A stretch of 52,560 nt of DNA, filler included, from Bipalium vagum (GCA_037834085.1; 3 parts of 3 records of this genome joined end to end with filler, not necessarily neighbours in it); one strand, 5' to 3'. Numbered from the whole stretch's first letter, positions 37,558 to 51,045 are shown. Numbers and translations: made by a program. Notes: generated by a model from the letters alone, not told the origin.

Positions 37558-38308
37558 AATTATTAATGAGAAAAATTAAATTTAGGGCAATTACGAGTGA
37601 TAAAATTTCACTTACCAAAGCTCTTTATAAGATTCCAATCTTTTCTCTAAATTTCCTGGATTTGTGTGGAGAATATTTTATTTGAATCTCGATGATGTTA
37701 AAATTGAGATAAGCAACTTTTTGCGGATATTTGATTAAAATATGGGTTCTAGGGTATCCTCAAACAGAATAATTCAAATGTGTTAATTTATATCTTTGTC
37801 AGAATGTTAAATTGGCCTTTAGTTTTAGATTTCCATAAAATTATTGTTTCCTTTGAATTTTGATTGTCATACTCATGTTATAATATCCTGCATTGATTAA
37901 CCACTTTCAAATTTATTAGTTTTTAGTTGACCTTTCTTTTGGAAAGTTTGAGGTTATTGATTGATTATAACAGTACAAAATTTTGATTATTATATCTAAT
38001 ATAAAGAAAATTTTGTTAACTTTAAGATTTTAATGGTTTCTTTTATTTATTAATAGTTCACATCTAAAATTAAAATGACTTAATTAAAACCTATCATGAA
38101 TAACAAATTCGGTAGTACTTTTGGGACACTACATATATGTATATAAGAATTTTTCTAATGATCGTTTTAAAATTTCATATTAAATTAAACATGTCAAAAT
38201 TCTCAAGGAGTTAAATGTTTTTTTTTTGAATTAAAACCATGTTAACCAATATTTATTAGAAAAACTGTTATTGTTATTTCGATGAAAATTTAAATCATCA
38301 TTTTGTAG

Positions 38309-41300
38309 CTAATAATTAAAACCAATAATCAACAGCTTCACATTAACAGTACCAATAAAGAGGGATTTCATTGTCTTCATATAGCTGCAATTCATGATCG
38401 ATCAACCATTGCAAAATTTCTTTTAAATTATGGAGCTGATGAAAATGTGAAAACTCACAAACTGGAGTTGACTCCATTACATCTGGCAGCAATATATGGA
38501 AGTGTAAAAGTAAGGGATAGTTGAAGTAATATTAATTTACTATTTTGTTTTTTAGAAAATTTTTATTTTTTTTTCGATAATTTCCTTTTGATTTTATTTT
38601 TGATTTAATTATACTAGGCTGTTCGAAAAATTCATGGCCTTGACCATTAATAATAAGGTTAAGTAAAATTATATGTTTAGTTTAAAGAACAATCTTCAAA
38701 ATTAATGAATATAAAATTTTATTGATTTAGTAAATTATTTTGTTTTATACAATCAATTTAAATATCTTTGATATCTGCATTTTTGAAAATGGACAAATAC
38801 AATTTTAAGATATTAATGAAAGAGAGAAACACTACGGAAACCAAAGCAAGTTTGGATAAGCATTAATGGCAATCAGCGTTATCGTATTCCACCATTAAAA
38901 ATTGGTATTCAGATTTAAAGCGAGGTCGCACATGCACTAAAGATAAATTTCGTAGTGGTCGTCCAATTGAGGGAACAATTGACCAGAAAACCAGGCTAGT
39001 ACACAAAATGATAATGGTAAATCGAAACTTCATTATGAGATTATGGGCATTTCAAAAGACAGTATATGGCGTATAATACATGAAAAATGAAAAAGTTGAT
39101 TGCAAAATGGATGCCGCGTTCAATAGAAGCAGCGTCTTAATGATTCGAAGAGAGGTTTAGTACATTTTCAAAAACTCCAAACGACTATTTGCATCGATAA
39201 GTCAACTGCAATAAAACATAGATTCATTATTACACTCAACAATCAAAGCAGTGGATTTCACCTGAGGAAAGTGCGCCAAATAGATAAAAGCGCAAAAAAT
39301 GGCTTGGTAAGATTATGGCTACAATTTTCATAGATCTTGACTACCTTGAGAAATGGAAAACTGCCACAGTATCTTACTATGCAGCGTTGCTAGAGTGTTT
39401 GAAGGATGACATTCTCTCATTTTTAAAAAGGTTAACTATAGAAAAAATATTTTTATTATAAATGAATAGTGAAAATTTTGAAATGTTAATTATTTTTCTG
39501 AAAAATGCTTTTTATTATTATTTCAATTCAGATACAATGGATCTTGAACATTTCTTAGGTCATCGTTATTTTAACATCTAAATTCAAATTACATGATTTT
39601 TCCAGGTTTCAAATAATAACCATTTTCTGTATTTTATCTTAGGTTAACGATATTTAAATTTACTTTTTAATTTTTCATCATAATTAATTATTTCAAAACT
39701 ATTGATTATTCAAAGCAGATCAGAAAAGGTTAAAATAATTTTTGGCACTTTTCACCATAATTTTAATGAATACCGTTCTCAGTAATTTTATACTTAATTC
39801 TCGAGAATTTGATGACCAATTTCGGATAAAAAATTAATATATTTAACTCGATAAATGTAAAATATATATAATTTTTTGTATTATCTTATTTATATATATT
39901 TATTGTTAATATTAAACGAAATAATAACTGATAAAAAAAACAATTATAGATATTTAATATTTGTGTGAGAATTCAAACAAAATAATATAAGGTTCCAAAA
40001 GTTTGATTCTAACTCGAAACATCAAATTAAATTACTAAAATTTCAAACTAATAATTTATCTTAACTGTTGAGAAGGAATCTGGAAAAATATTAGAAATCA
40101 TATCTAAAATAATCTACCAATCATTGTTGCTTTCGATTAACAGACTTTCAAGTTATTATCGATCAAAAGAAATCTCAATAAAATGGCTTAGTAGCAGATT
40201 TTCGCTTGGAAATTAGGAAGGAAATTTTATTGATTACTGCTTTTTCGACTGAAAAGAATTTAAATTTTATATGGTATTTACTTAATACACAGTGTAACTG
40301 AAATAAAAATATATTCGGCCAAAGAATCTTTAATTGTGTCCTCGCACTATTTTAAAACCAAAATGAATGCTTGCAATATTATGAAGGAAATTTAATTGTA
40401 AAATGATAAGATTTTTGATATTTTTAAATCTGTCAACGATTCCGATTGACTCTTAATGTATTCTACAGATAACTTTTCTCATTGTTTGATCCCTTTCAAA
40501 AATAATGGCACTAGTCGAAAATCTTTTTATTTATTAATTTTTCTGGATAGCTATTTTCACTAGAAATATTTCACTTAATATTCACTTAAATATTTTAATT
40601 AAGGTTCTCAATCTCCTATTAATTCAAAAGAACACCTATCTTAACGCATTCGATAAGAAATTGAACACACCGCTTTCATATGCTTGTGGAAAGACCAATG
40701 TCGATGTCGTTTATTTTTTACTTGAAGTAAGATCAAACACATTTTGCTTAAAAGTTATTTTTGTTATTTCATGGCTTTGATGTACTTAAAAACAGGTATA
40801 CTTTTTGCATTTATGCTTTTTAAACAGTTTTACCACTAATTTTTATTGTGGCCATAAGTCATGGTGATCAATTAATTTTATTTATTACTATTATATTGTC
40901 ACATTTTGTGAAAGTTTATTAATAATATTAGATTGGTCGGAAAATAATGTCTGAGTTTGACATTCAACTTTAAACTCAAACAAATTAGGTGTAAATAAAA
41001 GTAATAAAAACTATATAAATAATTGTATTTCAATAAAAGTATAAAATTTAGTTAAATATTACAAGTTTTAGTTAAAAATTCACATATGGATAAAATACAC
41101 CTTAGAGAGATCCAATATAACCGAAATGTTAATGTTGTATTTGACCAGGGAACAGTTAATACACGTACCATGCATCGATAGTTTCAACGCTCTCAGGATG
41201 GAGATAAGAGCGGATACCATGTTTCATTGGAAAATGACAAATTGAATGTGTTGATTACGTAAAATCCATATATTGTAGAACAGTGGTACGTTAGTCACTC

Positions 41301-44300
41301 AACAGTTCTGGATCATCTAAATCAATTTGGAAAGATTATTAAAAATGGGGCCTCATGAATTAAACAAAAAATACCGTCGTTTTGATGTCGGCTAGTCACT
41401 TCTTTTTTTGTTTGATTGTATACAAGAGGTTAATTCACTACAAATTTATGATTACAGACCAATCAATTACAGAAAACTTTGTTGCCATGAAATCGATGAT
41501 ATGCACCAAAAATGCAAATTCTTTCTCACAGAAAGTTTCCAGTTCTTTAATATAATAATGACCCATATGTTGCGCAAATTACGTTGCAAAAATGGCACAT
41601 AATGGATTATAAAATTTTGCCTCATCCTCCATACTCTCCTGATTTGTCGAAAATCTTTATTTCAATATTTCGAATCTATACTAATTCTATGCGATATGGA
41701 TAAATAACTTTATTTTCATTGGTAAGCATGTGGAGACTGTAGCTATTTTTATTTAAATTTGACTCATTTCAGTTTAAAGTTGAATGTTAAAATCGGATAT
41801 TATTTTCGATCAACCTAATAATTCATTAACCAATCAATATGCAGTTTTATAGTTCGAGTCTTGTGTGAGGTTTTTTTGGGTAGCTTACTAATTTTTTTCA
41901 TTTTACAATGACGAGAATTGTTTATATGGTTTGAAAAAGATGGTTGTGGAAAATCTTTTCCATATTTTTATTCAGAAAAAAATTTTAAAATCTTTTCAAA
42001 AAATATCCGCATTAATATTGAAAATGAAATGTCAGTTATTGCTTAAGAAGTTATTTATTTTCATTATTTTATTTTTTATTTGATTAAATACTTTTGCTAT
42101 CTTGAGACTCGTGTATAATTCGAAGGAAAATGTTTTGATACACAAGTCAATATATTCTTAAGAATGTAATATAAATTTTTAGTTGGAAAAGCTCATTATT
42201 ATTATGATGAAATTTTGTATAGTTGATTCTCTGCTCTTTAAACAAGTAGTAAAATGTTAATAATTATTCGATTTTTATTAATTCATAAAATTCGATTTAT
42301 AAATTTAATTTATTGAATTAGTATATTAAAAAAATTTAAAATAATAATTTGATTGTTGGATTGAATAATCTATGCGAATATAAAAATAATCAATAAGAAA
42401 TTAATAAAATTAATATTTTTGTAAATATTTTTGTGTGACCACTTTAAAAAGAAACTATGAAAACATCTTCACAATTTTAATTACTTAAAATCCTTTTTTT
42501 ATCAAATATTTTAATATTGAAATTAAATATTAATTTAATAAATGTCGAATGTTAATTAGTGAAATATTTAAAATAATTATTTTATCAAAAATGTCACAAA
42601 TATTAGAATCAAAGAAAAATATTTGATTCAAATCAAGTTTCAGGAAAACATATTTACGAATTAATTATTAATACTGTTTGTCTTTCTATTACAAAACTAA
42701 CTGTGAAATAAATATAAAAATAAAAACTATATAAATAATAAAAATATATAAAACTAATAAATAAATCCAAAATGAGTACATGTATATTTAAGGCCGGAGT
42801 ATTAGTGAATACGTCAAATCACAGAGGAAACACTCCTTTGCACGAGGCTGTTATACAAAATCAAGCAGATATTGTACAGCTATTGATAAAGTACGGTGCC
42901 GATCTCAACTGTGTTAACAATAGAGGAATTACACCCATTGAATTTTCAAAAGACTTGAATATTTATTTTATGTTGAAAAAGTAATTAAATATCATTGACA
43001 GGATTTTTTTGACCCCTACTTTAGTTCTATGACTTCGAAAGAAAGAAAAAATTCCAAATACCTCGAAATCGATGCAGCTGAATCGGGAATGGTATCATTA
43101 AATTCAAGTGTTCATACTGATCAAAATATGTTTAATGTCGAAGCAGATGGATTGTCAATTGACAGTGACATTTCGTTACCTTCGTCACCCGATAATGTAA
43201 GTGATTGGAAATAGTGAACAAAGGTTAAAAAATTATAAATTACACTTTTGCTGTATTTTTCGTTTTTTGAAATGTATCGATTTCCGTTAAAATTTTCTTT
43301 CAAAAGTCTTATTTTGAATTTTTTTTTCTTTTTATTTTTGAAATATATTTTTATCTGACTTTCATTGTTATTATTTTTTAACATTTAAATCTCATGTCTG
43401 ACTTTTATTAAAGTGTATTACTTGATAATACAGATTGTGTATAAATTAAATATCAAATTTTCAAATATAATATTGTTAAATATACTTAAGGTAACATTGA
43501 AAGTTTTGACACATTGAAATATATTTATTAAAAATTATTTTTCAATAGATTTTTTTTTTCATTATCACTACTACAATGTTGTAATCAACGATAAAAGAAG
43601 TCATAATATTTTTAAATATTTGTGGTGATATTTTAATTCATTAAGAGGAAAGATCTTGTTATCTTTTGAATGAAATTGTCCTGATTTCCCAATCAATTCT
43701 TCATAATTGTGATGTTCAAAAAATTTCCAACTTCATACGTGTGTTCACAGGACATCCATCCTGTTGAAAAATAAATTTTGATCTTGTTCACCGACAAAGC
43801 TGTGGCATGAAATAAAAATAAGGCGTGTGTGAGTTTCAGCATATGAATCATCAGATGTACGATTTCTCACTTGATAGCATTATCCGAAGTTGAATTTTCT
43901 TTATCTAAATGTCCTAATATTAACTTATCCAAAAAAATTAAACACTTACATCAAATTTCAAAAATCTTTTTTTTATTTAATATGAAATTGGTTGCAAAAT
44001 GTTAAATATAAATGTTTAGCTGTTTTTAAATCTGAAATTACTTATTACATGGACTATATAATAAGTCAACTCATACTTTAAAGCTTTTTTCAGTTGGTGA
44101 CTCTTCTTGATCTCTTTCTTATTCGCTATTTTTAAGGAAATTTTTTTATATCATAGACATTGATAGATTAGCAAAATAAAATGATTTTTTTGCTAAATAT
44201 AAATTCTTGCCTTGTCTGGTTTTCAAATCGATTTTTTGAACTACTTTGTATAGTTGATTATTGGCATCTTGAGCGAAAATCCCTTTGCTGATATTTTTTA

Positions 44301-44841
44301 TTGACTAGAATATGTTTAAAGAGATTTCTATTAATTTTCCAAAACGACTGAGAAACTTTGGTGACTAAAGAAAATAACTGTTCTGCTTAATTACTTAAAA
44401 GGTTTTTATTAAACCTGGTTTTTATGTGAAGCGGATTTTTAAATATTTCAGAAATTAACTGATAAAATATATTTTTAGGGTATTATGAATAATTTTTTTT
44501 CATGTTTTTATTCTTTTTAATTAAGTTAATAAGTGATATTAATTTTATTTATTTCTTATTATTAATTCAGAACTTAAGAGAGAAAACAAAATAAAATATT
44601 TTTAAAATGGGTTTTTAGAAAAACGTTTTTTATCTTTTAGGAAACCAATTCCAACGAACAATTATTCCCTGATGACATGAAATTAGATATCAGCTCTCAG
44701 TTGTTATTGGACAAATGTGATTCCCCAATAGTCGACGTTGACATCGATCTGTTGGAGAGAATAGACAAAAATAGTAAATACAATTACAGATTGATATTCA
44801 AAGATTCGCCGTCTATATCCTCAACCAATTCATCTAAATAA
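38309..44841 (+). CDS. Ankyrin-repeat protein, ANKRD27/VARP-like, 3' part
   Basis: Exons 38309-38509, 40604-40726, 42793-42980, 43025-43196, 44641-44841 with compatible phases. Four to five ankyrin repeats (GFHCLHIAA, LTPLHLAA, NTPLSYAC, NTSNHRGNTPLHEAVI, GITPIE) are followed by an acidic/Ser-rich tail. The run NTPL.YAC then SN..GNT.LHEAVI matches my recollection of the second ankyrin domain of ANKRD27. The ankyrin call is firm; orthology is tentative. Confidence 0.8.
38612..39415 (+). mobile_element. 3'-truncated Himar1/irritans-like mariner in an intron
   Basis: TIR-like start tactaggctgttcgaaaaattc; transposase remnants TETKASLDK, STIKNWYSDLKRGR..RSGRP, AKWMPR, DYLEKWKT..YYAALL; no YSPDL region. 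Confidence 0.8.
40926..41820 (+). mobile_element. Internally deleted mariner with about 50-bp TIRs
   Basis: Left tattagattggtcggaaaataatgtctgagtttgacattcaactttaaact versus reverse complement of right tattaggttgatcgaaaataatatccgattttaacattcaactttaaact; remnants KWGPHEL and LPHPPYSPDLS. Confidence 0.88.
43650..43930 (-). mobile_element. Tc1/mariner-superfamily remnant (DD41D/rosa-like)
   Basis: FIFQQDGCP followed, across frameshifts, by GNFLN..IGKSG, matching the 'FQQDGAP.H...L....WIGR.G...WP' pattern. The catalytic spacing cannot be counted. Confidence 0.45.
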
Positions 44842-46093
44842 AATGCCACAGAGATTATTATTATGAATTAATTATTTTAAATAAGCTATTTTATTGATTC
44901 ATAAATGTGTTTATTGAAAAATGTGTTATTTGACAGAAATTATTGACATTGTATTTTTTAATTAAAACATTAATTTTTATAATAAAATTTATTCAACTTT
45001 GTTTTACTAATGTCTTAAATGGTGTTATGATAATATTTCAGAAGTAAAACGCTCATTTTATATTCCTGTTGAAGTATATTGTCGAAACATATTAAAAAGT
45101 AATTTTTCCAAATCGTGAAATTGTTTTAAACCTTTAAAAGTATTAGCAGGTTATTGTCAATTCTCTTATATTGACCATTTGTCTAATAATATTTATATTT
45201 TTTAAGCAAAAGAGAATAACTTCGAAAAATGAACTTTACTAATAAAAATGTATATGTAATAAAACAATATAAAATTGTAGTGGAATCTAAAAATAAATGC
45301 CAAAATTAAAAAAGAACCATATTTCAAATTAAGTGAGTAACATATGAAATTTAAAATTTCATTTGAGATTTGCAAACTGGTATAAATATATAGTATTTGT
45401 ATAATCTGAATAGGCTTTTTTGAAAAACTAGATCCTTATGCATATTATCTATTCATATCATATATAAAATTGAAGTACCTGCCTAATACTTTTGAGCAGT
45501 AGTGTATATGTAAATAAATTTTAATTATTTGGTTGGAAGAAAGTAATTTTCGAATTTGAAGAAACCAAAATTTTCATTGTTTATTTTATTTTATATATGT
45601 GAATTGCTGTGAGGGCCTTGCGAGAAAGCCTAGCATGATTGACTTTCAATGACCAACTACTAAGACTCAGGAGATACTAGTCAAGGAACCCAATTGAGCG
45701 AGAATATTCTTCTAGAAAACCATTCATTTTAAACAGATTTTTCATATTTTTTAGATGATCCACTGTTAATAATCATTACTAAGGACCATAATTTAATTTC
45801 AATATTTGATATTAGTTCGTGGGGAAACGAAATCTTGATATCTGATCATTGTGAAAGAATAATACAAGTGATTGTCTTTTTTTATTTGTTAGGTATATAT
45901 GATAGATACACTACCAAGTGAGCGAAGAAGTCAAGTGTGGGATATTAACAAAATATTAACAATTCATTAAAATTTTCATTGCTTTCGTTTATAGTTAGAT
46001 AGCTGCAATTCATATGGTCCATTTATCAATCTGAATTTATTTTAATAAATAAATTCTATTTACAGATCATGAAAACTCAACTTTAGATTAAAA

Positions 46094-46452
46094 CTATGAT
46101 TTATTCAAATATAAAATTTTATCATTTTCTTCATCATCGTCATCAAAATCATAATCATTAACGTTTGAAGTTAAGTTAATTTCTTTATTTCTTTCATTAT
46201 CCTGTTTCTCTTGCTCCTTTTTGATTTGCCTTTTAGATTTCTTCCAAAAGAAGTAATATTCCACATTTTTTCTCAATTTCATTGGAGCACCAAAAAACTT
46301 TCTATGTAGCTTTTCTTTAATCATAAATATGTAATTTTTCAAGTAGTTTTTAGCATTTATAATAAGACCACCGGTTTCTTTGATCTTTATTCTAAGAAGG
46401 TAAAATCTTGTTTTAATCTAAAGTGAATAAGCTAAGTCATTATGATAATTTA

Positions 46453-46519
<67 letters not shown>

Positions 46520-49500
46520 TATGTTCTTTTTAACTGGCATTACTTGAAAATTTCAGATTTTATTTTGTTTATTTAGCACTAAGAATTTTATAATTTATAA
46601 TTAAAATTATAGAGTTTGACTTATAACTTTCTGCTTATTATTTAATACCTGTTACGTGCGCCCTGTTTTCAACTGATAATAGTACTAAAAATAAAATAAT
46701 AAAACTTGAATGAATAAATAAGATTCTTTTTCTAATAATAATATATTCATTTTTAATGAAAAGTTTCCATTATTTTTTTCTTCTGACTGAGTGCACCTGC
46801 CTAAAGGTATTATTTCTTCAGACAGAAGAAGAACACTCGCTTTGATGGTTTTTAACGGGAAATACGTAGTTTTTGTTGATAAACTAACCATTGTCTTCTG
46901 CTGGCAGAAGAAGCTGTCTAGGATTAGTTAGGAGAGAGTTCTGAAAGCTCCTAATATATATATAAATCTCACATAGTAGGATAGTGAAAAACAATTGGTT
47001 TTGTTATATTATTGTCAAATTATATTAGATATTTAGTTCTAAAAGGTCGGGAAAAGTACTTATATTTGACCAAACCCGGAACATTCATTATTACTCTCTA
47101 AAAGAAAAAAGTGTGAAGTTCACCTAAATAACACGTTGGCTCGCTAACGATTTTGTAATTGACATAGGAACCCAGAAAAATCGTGTGATTGATGAGAGAG
47201 TTCTACTTTTTTATCAAAATTTCACTATTTATTTTTACTTTACTTTCATCTCGTAAGTTTACATTAATATTATATATATAATATTAATTATATAATTAAT
47301 TATATATATAACGTACATTAATAATCATTTGAAATTTAATTATCTGCTTGTCTTCATATTATTTTTCTATAATATTTTTATATTTTCTGACTGATGATAT
47401 AGTACAGAATTGATTTTTCGATTAATATATTCGTAGGGTCAACGTATAGCGAATACGACTCAGAAGTGTTGAAAAATGATATGATGCATTAGCGATTAGA
47501 TTAACCATTTTGTGATTATGCTTAGTATTTCATAAACTTAAGTGTTATTTGTTTCATTCTTATTATTAACCATACTAAAGGATTGGAAGTCATATTAATA
47601 TGTGTAAAATACTAACGTGTATGCATAATTGTCATTACGAAAAATTTCTAATTCTGTAATGTTTCTTTTTCTCTCATGTCTAACCTTATCAAATACATAA
47701 TATAGATGTAGAGATTGAGCCAAATGCCGTTCGAAAAAGAACATCAACGAAATCGGTTTTAAGTAATAATAGATTAAATAAGGATTTCATTGAATCATAA
47801 TAATAATAAATAAAAATGTATAAATAAATAAATAAATTGAATTTTAATAAATAATTAATTAAAATAAATCCTGATGAATTGAGACTCATCACTATTTCCT
47901 CGTGTAAAAATAGGATCAATGAGCAAGGGACAGTGAGGTTACTCTTGGATGATGTAGAACTGTTGCATAATAGTGAGTCACATGAGCTAAATAACGTCAT
48001 ATATAATGACTTCATACAATATATATTTTATAATTTTCAGTATTCTGGCTCCATTCTATAAAAGACATTCCATAATAATAAATACTAGAAATACAAGGTG
48101 TCCCAAAATTAACCGAGCCGCAATATCTAATTTTTATTTAATTTGCGTTTCGGTTACATTTTGGACACTATACATAGACGAAACTCAAAAAATAAAGTGA
48201 CATTTATTTCTTGGTAATTTTACGATCAGTATAATTGCTACAGTTGTTTAAGAATAAGATTAGAATCGAAGAGAACTAATCAATTGAAATAATTAATATT
48301 TTATTACTTTGTTCTGGCATTTTATCTTTTTTTTTGTAGGTCACTCAAAATAATTTTTTGAAACATAGTTCATATCAATGGACTCTTCACTGACCTTCGA
48401 AATGAGAGATTATTTTTCTTCTTTAATAACGTGTAATTAAGCCAAGTGATATTACGAATATATTTAAGTCGCAATAAAATGCAAGTCGTCTTTGAATCTT
48501 TTTGAGTGAGATTCTAATTTAATTTACAATCGATTATGTAGGTCGATTAGTATTTATAGAGCTAAGTAAATCAATTGTTATTAACAAAGCATTTGTGACC
48601 TTTTGAGTACAAGCTAAAGTTGAAAGTTTGATAGACAAAATATTTCATAGTAAAACATAACTTAAGTCTCAAGTAAATCTTAACATTTATGTAAAATAAA
48701 ATTAATTATAAATTAAAGTTACCCTGAGAAATAAGTAGTTAAAGTAAACTCTTGACAGTTTCATTACTCTTTTCGAACCTCGAATAAGTGCTGCCCAAGC
48801 AATATTGAAAATGCACATTAGAATAGAAACAAACAAAACCATGATTACAATACCAAGAAATAAGCCAACAAGTAAAAACATCTTTAAATCATGAGATGAT
48901 AAGTGCAGTCCTTTTTTACTCTGAAATAATAAAATTCTTGTAAATACGTATGAAAAATCGAAATTTCTTTTAAATATTATTATAAAGACAGCATATAAAT
49001 CTTTTTAATTTACTCATTTCTGACAGTAATAGAACCTAAATAATCTTCAAACTCTTCATGAAAAAATAAGTTTCCCAAAAATTCATTAATTTCATTCATC
49101 AATGATTTTTAAAAGTATATTTGATTTAATTTTTCGCTTTTTTCAGTTCGATGAAAAAAACATCAAAATAAATGCTATTATAATTAAAATAAAATTATTT
49201 TTTTGGCATGAGTTCACTAAAAAAGAATAATAAAAATTATTAAACTAAAATTTTTAATCTTTTAAATACAGTGTAATCTGAATGTTTAGTATGAATAGAG
49301 CTTTTGAATAATATTTTATCTGTGGTAAAATATAAAACCAAATGAAGAATATGATCCTTCAGAAAAAAGTTGATATGAACAATAGAAATTGATGAAGTTT
49401 TAACGGAACGTAAGACAGTTTTGGCTATTTCTTCTTTACTCTGTTTTGATATTATTGAAGCAGTGCTATCTCAAATAGATGAAGTGGGAAGCGTTCGTGT

Positions 49501-51045
49501 GATTCCATATGGTTCTCATTCAATTTCCACTCATGAGAAAAAATATTGCGTAACAAGGAAAGGGTTTCTATCGATATTTAATATCACAAAGCATTTCAAA
49601 CATATGGCCTAAACATAAAGCAATTACATTTATGATGACAACAAAAAGCCGATTACTTCACAATTCTAAACGTGGATCAACTGTCTAAATAGTTTTGTTA
49701 TGAAAATTGGATACAGAAAAGAGAGTGAACATGGAAATGCAGATTTCCTATCAAGAAAAATTTTTAATCAGCGTTCACAATATTTATTACAGGATGAAGA
49801 TGCTAAAACTGTGAAAATAAAAACACGAACGCTTAATACTTTAGAATTAAAACAAGAGAAGAATATGAATGAATTTCAATATAATAGCTCAGTGATATTA
49901 CGTATTAAAGTAGACAAAAAATAATATAAAAGGAGAATTTACAATATCTGAAGGGCGAGTAACACCAAATGGAAAAGTATGGATACCAGAGGAGAAATCT
50001 AAGGTACATAAAAATCTTTTTCTCTGCTAGAGCGGAAAAGTGGTCAGATATGTAACACCAAACTTTGATATAAAGAAATTGTGGGAATATATGAGAGATG
50101 ATGTAAAGCAATGTGATGCTTTCATCACCTTCTCATTGACAACCGGATTTAATGAGAAGGTGATGAAATTTCCAGAATCAGAACTGTTTGAACTAATTAT
50201 GATTGATATTTGTGAATCTTTTAGAGAAACATTAAATGGAAAAAAATATACAATAAATGACCACAATCGGGTATGTTCACAAAACCGTAAATAGTTCTGC
50301 AGACGTTCGTGATTCTCTTATTGGTGCCTGTACCAACTATATCTAATCGTTCTTGGTAACTATCAAACGTGACCTGAGATGAAAAACCACAAATGGTCAT
50401 AATATTTATTGGTTTCTTCTTGACAAGAGCTGCTATCGTCACTTGTATGGAATGAAACGAAATACAATATGGGCTTACCGAGAATTGTTTTTTGGAACAT
50501 ATAAAAAATATTCCTATAATGCTGTTTTTTATTAATTTCTAAATATGGTTATCAATTAATTCTACATAGCATTTTTGAAAATTATGGAGTCCGTTTACCC
50601 GTATTCTGCCTATATTTTACATATATGCTCTGTACATATACATATACATATTTTATTAAAAATTTACTTTCAAAATTTCTATTTCTTCATCTGTATAAGG
50701 AGTATCACTAATCATCTTCATTTCTAGTTCCTCAGATGTAATATTATAAAATCCAGCTCTCTTGAGCAAAGTGTCTGGCTTATCTTCCATGATCATTTGA
50801 CTAAATTTATTTAAATTTAAATCCTCTTTAAATTTTTGTGGATTATTTAAAATCGTCTGAATGATTTTAATATCTTTAAATCTTGATTTAGAATTTCAAG
50901 AAACCTCGAGAATATTAATTTCAGAGATGTCATAACAATCCAATGGAGTTCGATATTCATTATTGGAATAATACCTAAGAACTGGACAATGATGGCATTC
51001 ATTTTCTCCATCGACACTAAAATGGTCTATAGGGCATATGTCACA
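46094..51045 (-). CDS. Unnamed single-pass membrane protein with a GCC2/GCC3 (ephrin-receptor-like) Cys repeat, 3' part
   Basis: Exons 51045-50905 (CDICPIDHFSVDGENECHHCPVLRYYSNNEYRTPLDC..), 50856-50668, 48920-48723 (TM: MFLLVGLFLGIVIMVLFVSILMCIFNIAW) and 46417-46094 (basic then acidic tail, stop). All are open, GT-AG and phase 0. Confidence 0.75.
46458..46515. repeat. (AAT)n microsatellite
   Basis: Perfect run of about 19 units near an acceptor site of the minus-strand gene. Confidence 0.95.
47870..48070 (+). pseudogene. Possible Ulp1/SENP (C48 protease) N-terminal fragment
   Basis: TVRLLLDDVELLHNSESHELNNVIYNDFIQYI, then in a shifted frame IFSILAPFYKR; resembles 'I...D...L....LND.II.FY..YL...IFS.FFYK.L'. 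No catalytic residues are present. Confidence 0.3.
48092..48172. mobile_element. 81-bp Tc1-type MITE / hairpin
   Basis: tacaaggtgtcccaaaattaaccgagccgcaa versus reverse complement of the right arm tatagtgtccaaaatgtaaccgaaacgcaa; about 20-nt spacer, TA ends. Confidence 0.7.
49380..50500 (+). mobile_element. Ty3/Gypsy remnant (RNase H and integrase)
   Basis: IEAVLSQ..RVIPYGSHSISTHEKKYCVTRK, IGYRKESEHGNADFLSR, WEYMRDDVKQCDA, FELIMIDI..ETLNGKKY; no LTRs recognised. Confidence 0.85.

Noticed and set aside
46895-46921. Hairpin tcttctg-ctgg-cagaaga followed by CTAG as a Helitron 3' end
   Set aside because: The next base is G rather than the expected T, and no 5' TC end or Rep/helicase remnant was found.
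50560-50632. Extra micro-exon of the minus-strand gene
   Set aside because: Candidate acceptors lead to stops or phase mismatch; exons 50856-50668 and 48920-48723 join in frame without it.
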